64,000 nt of DNA from Solirubrobacteraceae bacterium. GTDB taxonomy: Bacteria; Actinomycetota; Thermoleophilia; Solirubrobacterales; Solirubrobacteraceae. Shown here piece by piece: positions 9,663 through 18,105 of this stretch. A model generated the notes under the pieces. The model had not been told where the DNA came from, made no database searches, and saw nothing but the letters and a program-made list of their open reading frames with translations. The translations under genes and the position numbers were made by a program. Every line of letters starts with the position of its first letter. Within the stretch, counting starts at the first letter, position 1. The stretch spans positions 9,737 to 73,736 of the forward strand of contig DATINR010000132.1 in the NCBI GenBank assembly GCA_035473995.1, given 5' to 3'.

Positions 9663-9789
9663 GCGCCGATTGTCGCTGTTTGTCAAGCCGCAGTCAACGA
9701 CCTCGTTGCCCAATCGCTGCGCGGGGGCGGATCCATCCCGGCTCGCGGGCGCCTGCGACTGAAAGTTCGGCCGAGCCCGCGTCACGCGA

Positions 9790-9816
9790 TTCAAGGCTCC
9801 GCCGCCTGCGGCCGAG
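9790..9816 (+). promoter_or_regulatory. Putative sigma28/WhiG-type promoter (TTCA-N17-GCCGAG)
   Basis: Same design as 57065-57089; ends 8 nt before the diguanylate cyclase ATG. Confidence 0.4.
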
Positions 9817-9824
9817 AAGGACGC

Positions 9825-10961
9825 ATGGCCAGCCCGAAGCCCGGGCCAGGCGCGCCGTTCGTATCCGCCGCCGCCCGCGACGACCTATCCGCCGACCCTC
9901 ACACGGCCGAGCACTTGATGCGCTGGGTCGGCGTCGCGATGTTCCTGCTCGGCTCCGCCACGCTGCTCGCGACGCTGCCGCTGCCCGACCCGAACACCAG
10001 CGACCACCCGGCGATCAGGGTCATCGCCCTGCTGCTGGCGCTAGGCGCCGTGATCGTCGCCGTGCTGCGCCCCGGCCGTCGCTGGGTCTCGCGCGTGACG
10101 ATCCTCTACGGCGTCCTGCTCGTCAGCGCGCTGATGGCCGTCACGCGCCCGATCGAGGCGACGCCCTTCTTCTACCTCTGGCCGCTCGTCTTCTCGGCTT
10201 ACTTCTGCACGCGTCGCGAGGTCGTCTTCGACCTCGCCCTGATGTGGGTGACGCTCGGCCTGGCCGTGTTCATCTGGTCACACGACCCGATGAAGCCCGG
10301 GCTGTTCATGGGCGTCGGCGTGTCTGTCACGCTCACCACACTCGTCGTCAAGCTGCTCGCCGAGCACGTCTCCGCCGTGATCCGCCAGCTCGAGCGGGCC
10401 GCCGACACCGACTACCTGACCGGGCTGTACAACCGGCGCGCGTTCGACCTCGAGTTCCGCGAGCAGTGCGACCGCGCGCGCCGCAGCGGGCTGCCGCTCG
10501 CGCTCGTCACGTTCGACCTCGATCACTTCAAGCAGGTCAACGACCGCTACGGCCACGCCGAGGGCGACCGCGTGCTGGGCGAGTTCGCCACGCTGCTGCA
10601 GCGCGAGCTGCGCGGCGGCGACACGCTCGCGCGCGTCGGCGGCGAGGAGTTCGGCGTTGTGCTGTTCGGCGTCGGCCGCCAGGAGGCCGTCGCCTTCGCC
10701 GAGCGGATCGGCCGCGAGCTGGCTGCCCGTCCGTCCGGCTCGGGACCGGAGCTCAGCACGAGCGCCGGCGTCGCCGCGCTCTCCTCCGGCGCGCCCGATC
10801 CGGCCGCGCTGATGCTCGCCGCCGATCGTGCGCTGTATGCCGCCAAGGCAGCCGGACGTCGGCGCGTGGCCGTCTGGGAAGGCGGTGCGACGCAGATCGC
10901 CGCGCACATTCGCGAGCGCGCCGAACGCGGCGAGTCGAAGCTCGCCGCGCCCGCCGCTTGA
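9825..10961 (+). CDS. Membrane-anchored diguanylate cyclase (GGEEF)
   Basis: Several TM helices, DYLTGLYNRR, DLDHFKQVNDRYGH, RxxD I-site (RGGD) five residues before GGEEF. Confidence 0.92.
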   Translation: MASPKPGPGAPFVSAAARDDLSADPHTAEHLMRWVGVAMFLLGSATLLATLPLPDPNTSDHPAIRVIALLLALGAVIVAVLRPGRRWVSRVTILYGVLLVSALMAVTRPIEATPFFYLWPLVFSAYFCTRREVVFDLALMWVTLGLAVFIWSHDPMKPGLFMGVGVSVTLTTLVVKLLAEHVSAVIRQLERAADTDYLTGLYNRRAFDLEFREQCDRARRSGLPLALVTFDLDHFKQVNDRYGHAEGDRVLGEFATLLQRELRGGDTLARVGGEEFGVVLFGVGRQEAVAFAERIGRELAARPSGSGPELSTSAGVAALSSGAPDPAALMLAADRALYAAKAAGRRRVAVWEGGATQIAAHIRERAERGESKLAAPAA

Positions 10962-11007
10962 GCGACGCGGCTCGCCCTGAAGGCGCCGCGCCGCGAACGT
11001 TCGCTGC

Positions 11008-11379
11008 TCAGCCGCCCTGGCCGGCGAACTGGATCTTCTTGCCCGGCTTCGTGCACTGCTGCGGGATCGTGTACTTCGGCACCTTGAACTTGCCCGACGC
11101 GCATTTGAAGCCTTCGGTCGGCTTGCCGCTGTAGAGCGCCGTGATCACTTTGTAGGCCGAGCTGCAGCTGACTCCCTTGGTGACGATCTGCTTGACCGGA
11201 AGTTTGTATTTCGTCTTCGGCTTGCCCGGTTCCGTTTCCTGTTCGATCACGATCGTGTGGTTGCCGCAGGCGTGCGTGCTCGCGACCGCGGCCCCCGGGA
11301 TCAGCGCGAGCGCCCCGAGTGCGAACGCCAGCGCGCTTCCGATCGTGGCGGGTCCTTGCCATCTACGTACAGCTCTCAT
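11008..11379 (-). CDS. Small secreted Lys/Cys-rich hypothetical protein
   Basis: Signal peptide ending AVA-S, four Cys in mature part, GAAGG RBS. Confidence 0.6.
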   Translation of the reverse strand: MRAVRRWQGPATIGSALAFALGALALIPGAAVASTHACGNHTIVIEQETEPGKPKTKYKLPVKQIVTKGVSCSSAYKVITALYSGKPTEGFKCASGKFKVPKYTIPQQCTKPGKKIQFAGQGG

Positions 11380-11646
11380 CCAGCCTTCTTTCGCTCCGGC
11401 CGGCGCCCCCGTGACACCGAGATTCGCGGAGCATACCGGCGTCGATCCGGCGCTCATACGTACGAATACGCGCATCGCCACGCCGCTTGAGCGCCCGGAC
11501 GCGTTCGCTTGGAGACGCCGCGGGCGGTGCTGGGGGTGGGCCGATGTCTCCAGCCTCGGCCGGTTATGTCTTCTTCTATTTAATCGTCAAATCGTCAGCA
11601 ACGGCGGGCGAATCGGCAAATAGGCCGTATGTGCAGGGCGTTCTTG

Positions 11647-11662
11647 TGTGTCCGTGATCACA
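11647..11662 (+). promoter_or_regulatory. CRP/GlxR-like box TGTGT-N6-TCACA
   Basis: One mismatch to TGTGA-N6-TCACA; centred about 42 bp upstream of the start inferred from -10 TAGCCT (11685-11690). Confidence 0.5.
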
Positions 11663-11690
11663 GAACGACCTCCCCGGGACCTTCTAGCCT

Positions 11691-11706
11691 ACGAACAATT
11701 GTTCGA
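11691..11706. promoter_or_regulatory. LexA (SOS) box ACGAACAATTGTTCGA
   Basis: 15/16 match to actinobacterial TCGAAC-N4-GTTCGA; perfect 14-bp palindrome directly after -10 TAGCCT. Confidence 0.75.
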
Positions 11707-11707
11707 C

Positions 11708-11872
11708 TGCCGAGTCGTGACCGTCCATGGTCGCGAACGGGGGAACCACCGCCGGGCCCGACCGGGGCCCGGATGGGGCGAATCGCCCACTGATGTGGAC
11801 GTAACGCCCGGCCGACGCGCGGACTGTCCGCGCCGGCGCCGGTCGCGAGCCCGACAGCTAACCCCGTAGGCG
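11708..11872 (+). ncRNA. c-di-AMP riboswitch (ydaO/yuaA class)
   Basis: Ordered conserved segments GCCGAGTC...GGGGAACC...GGGGCGAATC...CCCGACAGCTAACCCCGTAGGC, then hairpin GCGG-AAA-CCGC, AAGGAGG RBS and a cell-wall enzyme gene (typical context). Confidence 0.85.
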
Positions 11873-11898
11873 GAAACCGCAAGGAGGTCTGGATCTAT

Positions 11899-12546
11899 AT
11901 GTACGCACCCGCGCCCCCGGCGCAGCCTGCTCTCGCGCTCGCACCCGTCGAGATCGCATCGACGACGCCGTCGTCCGGCGCAGCTCCGCTCGGGCGCCCG
12001 ACCTCGACCGCGCTGCACGTGCGCAAGGCGCGCCTGAACGTGCTCGACGGTCGCCGCGCCAGCGTCGCCGGCACGCTCAGCCCCGGACTCTCCGGACGCT
12101 CGATCGAGCTGCAGGCGATGGGCCCGCACGGCTGGCGCGAGGTCGCGCACACCCACACCGGCGCCGCCGGGCGCTTTCGCCTGCGCTACACCCCGCACGC
12201 CACCGGCAGCCGCCGCGTGCGCCTGCGCTTCGCCGGCGACGGCTATGACCTGCCCGCCCATCGCGTGCTCGGCAGGCTGAACGTCTACCGGCTCGCCGGC
12301 GCCTCCTGGTACGGCGGCGGCGGTTCGCTCGCCTGCGGCGGCTCGCTGACGAGCTCCACGCTCGGCGTCGCCAACAAGACGCTGCCCTGCGGCACGCTCG
12401 TCACGCTGCGCTACGGCGGGCGCTCCGTGCGCGTCCCCGTCGTCGATCGCGGCCCCTTCGTCGCCGGACGCGAATTCGACCTCACCGAAGCCACCAAGCA
12501 GGCGCTCGGCTTCGGCGACACCGGCGACGTTTGGACCACGCGCTAG
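11899..12546 (+). CDS. RlpA-like double-psi beta-barrel lytic transglycosylase
   Basis: ASWYG, VANKTLPCGT, VVDRGPF, EFDLT motifs; N-terminal beta-rich accessory domain. Confidence 0.85.
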   Translation: MYAPAPPAQPALALAPVEIASTTPSSGAAPLGRPTSTALHVRKARLNVLDGRRASVAGTLSPGLSGRSIELQAMGPHGWREVAHTHTGAAGRFRLRYTPHATGSRRVRLRFAGDGYDLPAHRVLGRLNVYRLAGASWYGGGGSLACGGSLTSSTLGVANKTLPCGTLVTLRYGGRSVRVPVVDRGPFVAGREFDLTEATKQALGFGDTGDVWTTR

Positions 12547-12579
12547 GCCCACTCGACGACAGCCCAACACCCTCTGCCG

Positions 12580-12621
12580 GGGGTGCCGAAATCCGCTGCA
12601 AAAGCGCCGTTTCGGCACCCC
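12580..12621 (+). terminator. Inverted repeat after rlpA-like gene
   Basis: GGGGTGCCGAAA (12580-12591) / TTTCGGCACCCC (12610-12621), perfect 12-bp arms. Confidence 0.55.
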
Positions 12622-12695
12622 GCGAGGGTTGCTCGCTTTTGGGCACGTTCATGCAGAGCTTGGGTTTCTGCCTGGGCGTTCGTTGAATCTTCTGG

Positions 12696-13931
12696 ATGTC
12701 CGCCGCAGTCAAGCAATCGCGCACGCAGGTATGGATGGACACTCCAGGCGACTGGAGCTGGCCCGGGCGCGCCGCCGAAGCCGTCGAAGCGCTGCCTTCG
12801 CCGCCCACCTGGGTGCCCGTCTTCCCGCCGCGCCTGGAGCCGCTCGCCTCGGGCGCCGGCGGCGGTCTCGCCGGCCGATCCGGCTCGCGCACGGGCGCCG
12901 CGCAGCCGCGCGCCAACCCGCGCCTCGTCGTCCTCGCAACGCTGATCAGCGGGCTGATCGCCGCCTGCTGCGCGCTGCTGCTGCTGCATGGCCCCGGCGG
13001 CTTCGAGCGCGTGTTCACCGGGCAGCGGTCCGCGCCCGCCGCCACCGCGAGCGCCGCCACGGCGCATGTTGCGCCCGCACCGCTGCCGACGCTGCTCGCC
13101 GGCAGCCACGACGCCGCCGGCAGCTCGATCGACACCGCCCGCTACACCTCGGCCGCGCTCGGCGGCGAGGGCTCCTTCCACGTCTACCTGCCGCCCGGCT
13201 TCGCCGAGAGCGGCGCGCGCTACCCCGTGCTCTACCTGCTGCACGGCAACGAACAGCGCGCCACCGCCTTCCTGCAGCTCGGCCTGCAAGGCGAACTCGA
13301 CCGCCTGATCGCCGCGCACGAGGTCCCGCCGATGATCGCCGTGATGATCCAGGGCGGCAAGGGCGCCAACAACTGGCGCGACCACGGCAGCCGCGGCTAT
13401 GAGAGCTACGTGATCGAAGTGCAGCAGCTGATCGATCGCATGCTGCCCACGCAGGCCGCCCGCTCCGCGCGCGCCATCGCCGGCGACTCGATGGGCGGCT
13501 ACGGCGCGATGAACGTCGCGCTCGGCAACCCGCGGCGCTTCTCGATCGTCGAGAGCTGGCTCGGCTTCTTCAACGGCCTCGAAGACGAGCTGCACGCCGC
13601 CCGGCCCGTGATCGCCCGCGAGGGCCTGCACGCCTACCTCTACGGCGGCGCCTCCGACCCGATCGCCGACCCCGCCGAGAACGCCCCCTTCGCCGCCCAG
13701 CTGCGCGATGCCGGCGCTCACGCGCACAGCGCCGTCTACGTCGGCGGGCACACGATGGAAACGCTGCAAACCCACCTGCGGCACATGCTGCTCTACGTCG
13801 GGCGCTCGCTGTTTGAGAACCAGCGCGCGGCCGCCCCGGCGACCGTCGCCTCGCCGGTTCGCGCCGTGAGCGTGCGCTCGACCCGTCCGGCCGGCAGCGC
13901 CGCGCCCGCGACGATTGCCGCCAGGCCTTGA
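12696..13931 (+). CDS. Membrane-anchored alpha/beta-hydrolase esterase (putative esterase/antigen-85-like family)
   Basis: TM helix, YPVLYLLHG, nucleophile elbow GDSMGG, C-terminal GGH. Confidence 0.8.
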   Translation: MSAAVKQSRTQVWMDTPGDWSWPGRAAEAVEALPSPPTWVPVFPPRLEPLASGAGGGLAGRSGSRTGAAQPRANPRLVVLATLISGLIAACCALLLLHGPGGFERVFTGQRSAPAATASAATAHVAPAPLPTLLAGSHDAAGSSIDTARYTSAALGGEGSFHVYLPPGFAESGARYPVLYLLHGNEQRATAFLQLGLQGELDRLIAAHEVPPMIAVMIQGGKGANNWRDHGSRGYESYVIEVQQLIDRMLPTQAARSARAIAGDSMGGYGAMNVALGNPRRFSIVESWLGFFNGLEDELHAARPVIAREGLHAYLYGGASDPIADPAENAPFAAQLRDAGAHAHSAVYVGGHTMETLQTHLRHMLLYVGRSLFENQRAAAPATVASPVRAVSVRSTRPAGSAAPATIAARP

Positions 13932-14227
13932 GCTCGAACCGCCGTCCTCGCATGAAGAGTCCTCGCATGAAGGGCCGTGGCAAGATTCGCCCCGAGCTTT
14001 TCGGCGTGCGCGTCGCGGGCGCCCTCGGCAGCGGATCCGTCGGATCTGTCGCCCTCGGCGCTCTCGCCGGAGGCGCCGTCGCGATCGGCGCGCTTGCGAT
14101 CGGCAGGCTCGCCGTCGGCAGGCTCGCGATCGGGCGTGCCCGGATCGGCTCGCTCGAGGTCGGCGAGCTCGAGGTCGGGCGGCTGACCGTCGGTGAGCTG
14201 ATCGTCGAGCGCAAGACCGGCGCCTAG
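13928..14227 (+). CDS. Small protein with Gx[LV]x[IV] five-residue repeats
   Basis: AIGAL-AIGRL-AVGRL-AIGRA-RIGSL-EVGEL-EVGRL-TVGEL; TTGA overlap with esterase; ATG alternatives 13952/13967. Confidence 0.6.
   Translation: MSSNRRPRMKSPRMKGRGKIRPELFGVRVAGALGSGSVGSVALGALAGGAVAIGALAIGRLAVGRLAIGRARIGSLEVGELEVGRLTVGELIVERKTGA
13944..13973 (+). repeat. 15-bp tandem duplication GTCCTCGCATGAAG(A/G)
   Basis: Two adjacent copies, each carrying an in-frame ATG. Confidence 0.8.
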
Positions 14228-14299
14228 TAGCTGCAGCGGCCAGTGGGCCGGCCTGCGCCCCGGTCTGAGCGCGGTGTCCTGGCGCGCGATACTGCGCCG

Positions 14300-14752
14300 A
14301 TGGCCTTCGCACCGCCAGAGCGTCACCTGCTGCGCGCCCGCGACCTCGTCGACGTGCGCTACTTCGAGCCGATCGGCGTCGAGCAGATGGCGCACGCTGC
14401 AGGGCTCTCGCGCGCCCACTTCAGCCGCGAGTTCCGCCGCGTGTTCGGCGAGTCTCCGCACGCCTACCTGCTGACACGCCGGCTCGAGCGCGCGGCGGCG
14501 CTGTTGCGCAACACCGACCGCTCGGTCACAGAGGTCTGCTTCTCGGTCGGGCTGCGCAGCGTCGGCTCGTTCACGACCAGCTTCAAGCGGGCGTACGGCG
14601 TCACGCCGAGCGCATACCGGGCGAGCTTCCCGCCGGCGGCCGAGCAGGTGCCGATCCCGGCCTGCGTCGTGCGCATGTACTCGCGCCCCAAACACGACGC
14701 TTGCCCCAAACACAGCACGTTTCGAGAAGACAGCGCGGCACTCGCGAACTAG
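14300..14752 (+). CDS. Short AraC-family transcriptional regulator
   Basis: AGLSRAHFSREFRRVFGESP and VGLRSVGSFTTSFKRAYG double HTH. Confidence 0.92.
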   Translation: MAFAPPERHLLRARDLVDVRYFEPIGVEQMAHAAGLSRAHFSREFRRVFGESPHAYLLTRRLERAAALLRNTDRSVTEVCFSVGLRSVGSFTTSFKRAYGVTPSAYRASFPPAAEQVPIPACVVRMYSRPKHDACPKHSTFREDSAALAN

Positions 14753-14814
14753 CCTCGGCGAACGGTCGCACGGTGCGGCCACGAGACCGCGAACAGCGAG
14801 GAGACCGGACAGAG

Positions 14815-15231
14815 ATGCTCAGAGTCAACGCCCTGCAGGTGCTCGTCAACGACCAGGACGAGGCGCTTGCCTTCTACACCGAGAAGCTCGGCATGGAGAC
14901 GCGCGTCGACGCCGCCATGCCCGGCGGCGAAGGAATGCGCTGGCTGACGGTCGGCCCCGTCGGCCAGCCCGAGATCGAGATCGCGCTGATGGCCGTGCCG
15001 ATGCCGCCGTTCGTCGCCGCCGAGACGGCCGAGGACGTGCGCGCGCTGATGGCCAAGGGCGTCGGCACGACCGTGTTCCTCGAAAGCGACGACTGCCAGG
15101 CGACATACGACGAACTCACGGCGCGCGGCGTCGAATACGCCCAGCCGCCCGAAGAGCGCCCGTACGGCTGGGAATCGGGGCTGCGCGACCCCTCGGGCAA
15201 CTACATCCGCATCACGCAGAACCGCTCGTAG
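14815..15231 (+). CDS. VOC/glyoxalase-family protein
   Basis: DQDEALAFYTEKLG, RWLTVGP, ERPYG...LRDPSGN; GGAG RBS. Confidence 0.9.
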   Translation: MLRVNALQVLVNDQDEALAFYTEKLGMETRVDAAMPGGEGMRWLTVGPVGQPEIEIALMAVPMPPFVAAETAEDVRALMAKGVGTTVFLESDDCQATYDELTARGVEYAQPPEERPYGWESGLRDPSGNYIRITQNRS

Positions 15232-15331
15232 CCGGCGACGACAGGCGCGGCGACCGCCTGCCGCCCGTCAGCGCTCGCTGTCGAGCGTGGCCATCCCGTG
15301 CTCGGGATAGCGCTCGCCCTTCGGGGCCGCG

Positions 15332-15985
15332 CTGACCGCCGAACTTGACGCTCAGCAGCGAAACGAGGAGTACGAGCGCCTCGGCGTCACGCCGACGCCG
15401 GACGACGGCACGCGCCTGAGCGAGCAGGCGGCGTGGGACGAGGCGACGCGCCCGCACCGCGCGCCGTCGGCCGAGGACACGGTGTACAGCGAGCGCGGCC
15501 GCCACACGGGGCAGCACCTGATCGACGTGCACGACATGCTGCGGCGCGAGCTGGAGGAGCTGCGCAGGCTGCTGGAGCAGGTGCGCGAAGGCGCGATCGG
15601 CGCGGGCGAGGCGCGCTCGGCGCTGAACGAGATGGCGATGCGCCAGAACGACTGGACGCTGGGCGCGTTCTGCGCGCGCTACTGCCGCGCGGTGGCCCAG
15701 CACCACGGGCTGGAGGACGACGCCGTGTTCCCGCACCTCGCTCAGAGCGATCCGAGCCTGGCGCCGGTGATCGACCGCCTCGGCGAGGAGCACCTCGCGA
15801 TCCACGACGCGATCGAGCAGGTCGACGGCGCGCTCGTGCAGCACATCAACCACCGCGAGGACTTCGAGCCGCTGCAGGGCGCGCTCGACTTCCTCACGGA
15901 CGCGCTGCTCTCGCACCTCTCATACGAGGAGCAGGAGCTCGTCGAGCCGCTCGCGCGGCTGGGCTTCTACGCAGACCAGCTGTAG
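15332..15985 (+). CDS. Hemerythrin (HHE)-domain protein
   Basis: HDMLRREL, HHGLEDDAVFP, EEHLAIH, HLSYEEQE; frame open upstream of the ORF-track GTG (15482) back to TAG 15308, CTG 15332 is the first plausible start. Confidence 0.75.
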   Translation: MTAELDAQQRNEEYERLGVTPTPDDGTRLSEQAAWDEATRPHRAPSAEDTVYSERGRHTGQHLIDVHDMLRRELEELRRLLEQVREGAIGAGEARSALNEMAMRQNDWTLGAFCARYCRAVAQHHGLEDDAVFPHLAQSDPSLAPVIDRLGEEHLAIHDAIEQVDGALVQHINHREDFEPLQGALDFLTDALLSHLSYEEQELVEPLARLGFYADQL

Positions 15986-16063
15986 CGGAGCAAGGTCACA
16001 CGCCCTGGCCGGTCGGCCAGTATGATCGGCCCCGAGCGATCCGCGACGACGAGGGGAGACCAG

Positions 16064-17293
16064 ATGGCGTCGGTTGGCAGCGATCTCGAGCACACGCTGA
16101 TGGCAGAGCGGGCGCTGTGGAAGGACGGCCCGCCGCACGAGGTGTTCAAGCAGATGCGCAGCGAGTGCCCGGTGCACTGGACGGCGGGGGTCACGGAGTA
16201 CCCGGAGGAGCGCGGCTTCTGGTCGGTGACGACGGCTGAGGACATCCACACGGTCAGCCGCGACTGGCAGACGTACTCGTCGGGCACGGGCGTGACGGCG
16301 GTCTCGGACGTGTTCCCGCTGGAGCTGACGCAGGCGATGTTCATCGGCATGGACCCGCCGAAGCACGACCGCCTGAAGGCGCTGTTCCAGGCGGGCTTCA
16401 CGCCGAAGCGGATCGCGGCGCACGAGGACGACATCCGCGCGATCGTGGTCGAGCTGCTCGACCGGCTGCAGGGCCGGGAGAGCTGCGACCTGGTCAACGA
16501 CGTCGCCCAGCCGGCGGTCTCGCGCGTGATCGGCAGCTTCATGGGCATCCCACCGGAGGACGACGCGGCGTGGGCGCGGCTGATGAACTCGGCGCTGGCG
16601 GGCGATGACAAAGACCTCAACCCGGAGGGAATCCCGGGCGTGCTCGAGAAAGACATCCCGGAGATCTTCGAGCGCTGCAACCGGATGATCGAGGAACGCC
16701 GCGAGAACCCGACGGACGACCTGACCACGGTGCTCGTCAACGCGGAGGTCGACGGCGAAAAGCTCGAGCAGCACGAGATCGTGATGGGCTTCTTCCTGCT
16801 CGTGGCGGCGGGCAACGACAGCACGAAGGCGACGTACTGCAGCGGCATGCGCGCGCTGATGGAAGACGGCGAGCAGATGCAGAAGCTGCTGGACGACCCG
16901 TCGCTGATCCCGAGCGCGGTCGAGGAGGCGCTGCGCATGTTCCCGGCGTTCGCGCACTTCCGCCGCACGGCGACGCGCGACGTGGAGCTGCACGGCACGC
17001 AGATCAAGCAGGGCGAGAAGGTGGTCATGTGGTACGTCTCGTCCAACCGCGACGAGACGCGCTACGAGGACCCGGACCAATTCGACGTCGAACGAAACCC
17101 CGAGCACCAGGCCTTCGGCGCGGGTGGGCGGCACTTCTGCCTCGGTACGGCGCTCGCACGTCTGGAGTTGAAGATCATGTTCGAGGAGACGCTCAAACGT
17201 TTCCCGGAGATCCGCATGGACGGCGAGCCGAGCTACGTCGAATCCGGCTTTCTCAACCAGATGAAGACCTTGCCGGTGCGGCTCGCCGGCTGA
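16064..17293 (+). CDS. Cytochrome P450 (CYP124/125/142-like)
   Basis: MDPPKHDRLK, AGNDST I-helix, EEALR, heme motif FGAGGRHFCLG. Confidence 0.93.
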   Translation: MASVGSDLEHTLMAERALWKDGPPHEVFKQMRSECPVHWTAGVTEYPEERGFWSVTTAEDIHTVSRDWQTYSSGTGVTAVSDVFPLELTQAMFIGMDPPKHDRLKALFQAGFTPKRIAAHEDDIRAIVVELLDRLQGRESCDLVNDVAQPAVSRVIGSFMGIPPEDDAAWARLMNSALAGDDKDLNPEGIPGVLEKDIPEIFERCNRMIEERRENPTDDLTTVLVNAEVDGEKLEQHEIVMGFFLLVAAGNDSTKATYCSGMRALMEDGEQMQKLLDDPSLIPSAVEEALRMFPAFAHFRRTATRDVELHGTQIKQGEKVVMWYVSSNRDETRYEDPDQFDVERNPEHQAFGAGGRHFCLGTALARLELKIMFEETLKRFPEIRMDGEPSYVESGFLNQMKTLPVRLAG

Positions 17294-17328
17294 GTTCAGG
17301 ACGCATCGCGCCCGGATAGGCTGGCGGC

Positions 17329-18066
17329 ATGGCGGCAGAGCGACCCCGCGTCCGATTGCGCCAGGCGGTGCTGGCCGCGGCGGAGCTCGAGCCGGTGGCG
17401 GAGGCGCTGCGCTCGGCGCTCGGCCTGGGCGAGCCGTTTCGCGATCCGGGCGTCGGCCTGTTCGGCCTGCAGAACACGGTCTTCGCACTCGGCGACTGCT
17501 TTCTCGAGATCGTCTCGCCGACGCAGCCGGATACTGCCGCCGGTCGTTACCTCGAGCGCCACGGCGGCGACTGCGGCTACATGGTGATGTTCGACCTCGA
17601 GGATCTTCCGGCCGCGCGGGCCCGCGCGGCCGATGGCGGCGTGCGCACGGTCTGGGAGATCGACCTGCCGGACATCTCGGGCACCCACCTGCACCCGGCC
17701 GACATCGGCGCCGCGATCGTCTCGATCGACGGCTCGGAGCCCTACGGCAGTTGGCGTTGGGGCGGGCCCGAGTGGACTGAGCAGACCGGTGAAGGTGCGC
17801 CGGGGAGGCTCGGGGGGGTGACGCTTGCCGTGGCCGAGCCCGCGGCGGTGGCCGCGCGGTGGTCGCACGTGCTCGGCGTGCCGCTCAGCGGGGATGGGGC
17901 CGTGGGTGGTGACGCGGTGCTCGCGCTGGAGGACGCCGAGGTGCGCTTCGCGCCCGCAGTCGACGGAGTGGAGGGACTTGTGGAGATCGCCGTGGCAGAC
18001 GTGCCCGGACTGACGGGCGACGGCGTCGAGGTCGGCGGCGTGCGGCTGCGGTCGCTCGGCGGGTAG
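17329..18066 (+). CDS. VOC/glyoxalase-like domain protein
   Basis: FGLQNTVFALGDCFLEIVSP, GYMVMF, HLHPADIGAAIVSID; leaderless TAGGCT-N6-ATG. Confidence 0.75.
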   Translation: MAAERPRVRLRQAVLAAAELEPVAEALRSALGLGEPFRDPGVGLFGLQNTVFALGDCFLEIVSPTQPDTAAGRYLERHGGDCGYMVMFDLEDLPAARARAADGGVRTVWEIDLPDISGTHLHPADIGAAIVSIDGSEPYGSWRWGGPEWTEQTGEGAPGRLGGVTLAVAEPAAVAARWSHVLGVPLSGDGAVGGDAVLALEDAEVRFAPAVDGVEGLVEIAVADVPGLTGDGVEVGGVRLRSLGG

Positions 18067-18105
18067 CTCAGCAGAGATATCCCAAGCGATCCCTACGGTT
18101 GGGGC

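Noticed and set aside
9402-9824. N-terminal extension of the diguanylate cyclase ORF
   Set aside because: Overlaps WS/DGAT antisense; ATG 9825 has GAAGGA and a promoter-like motif
12543-14312. 589-aa minus-strand ORF
   Set aside because: Shadow of the esterase and repeat-protein genes; Arg/Gly/Ala-rich with no domain
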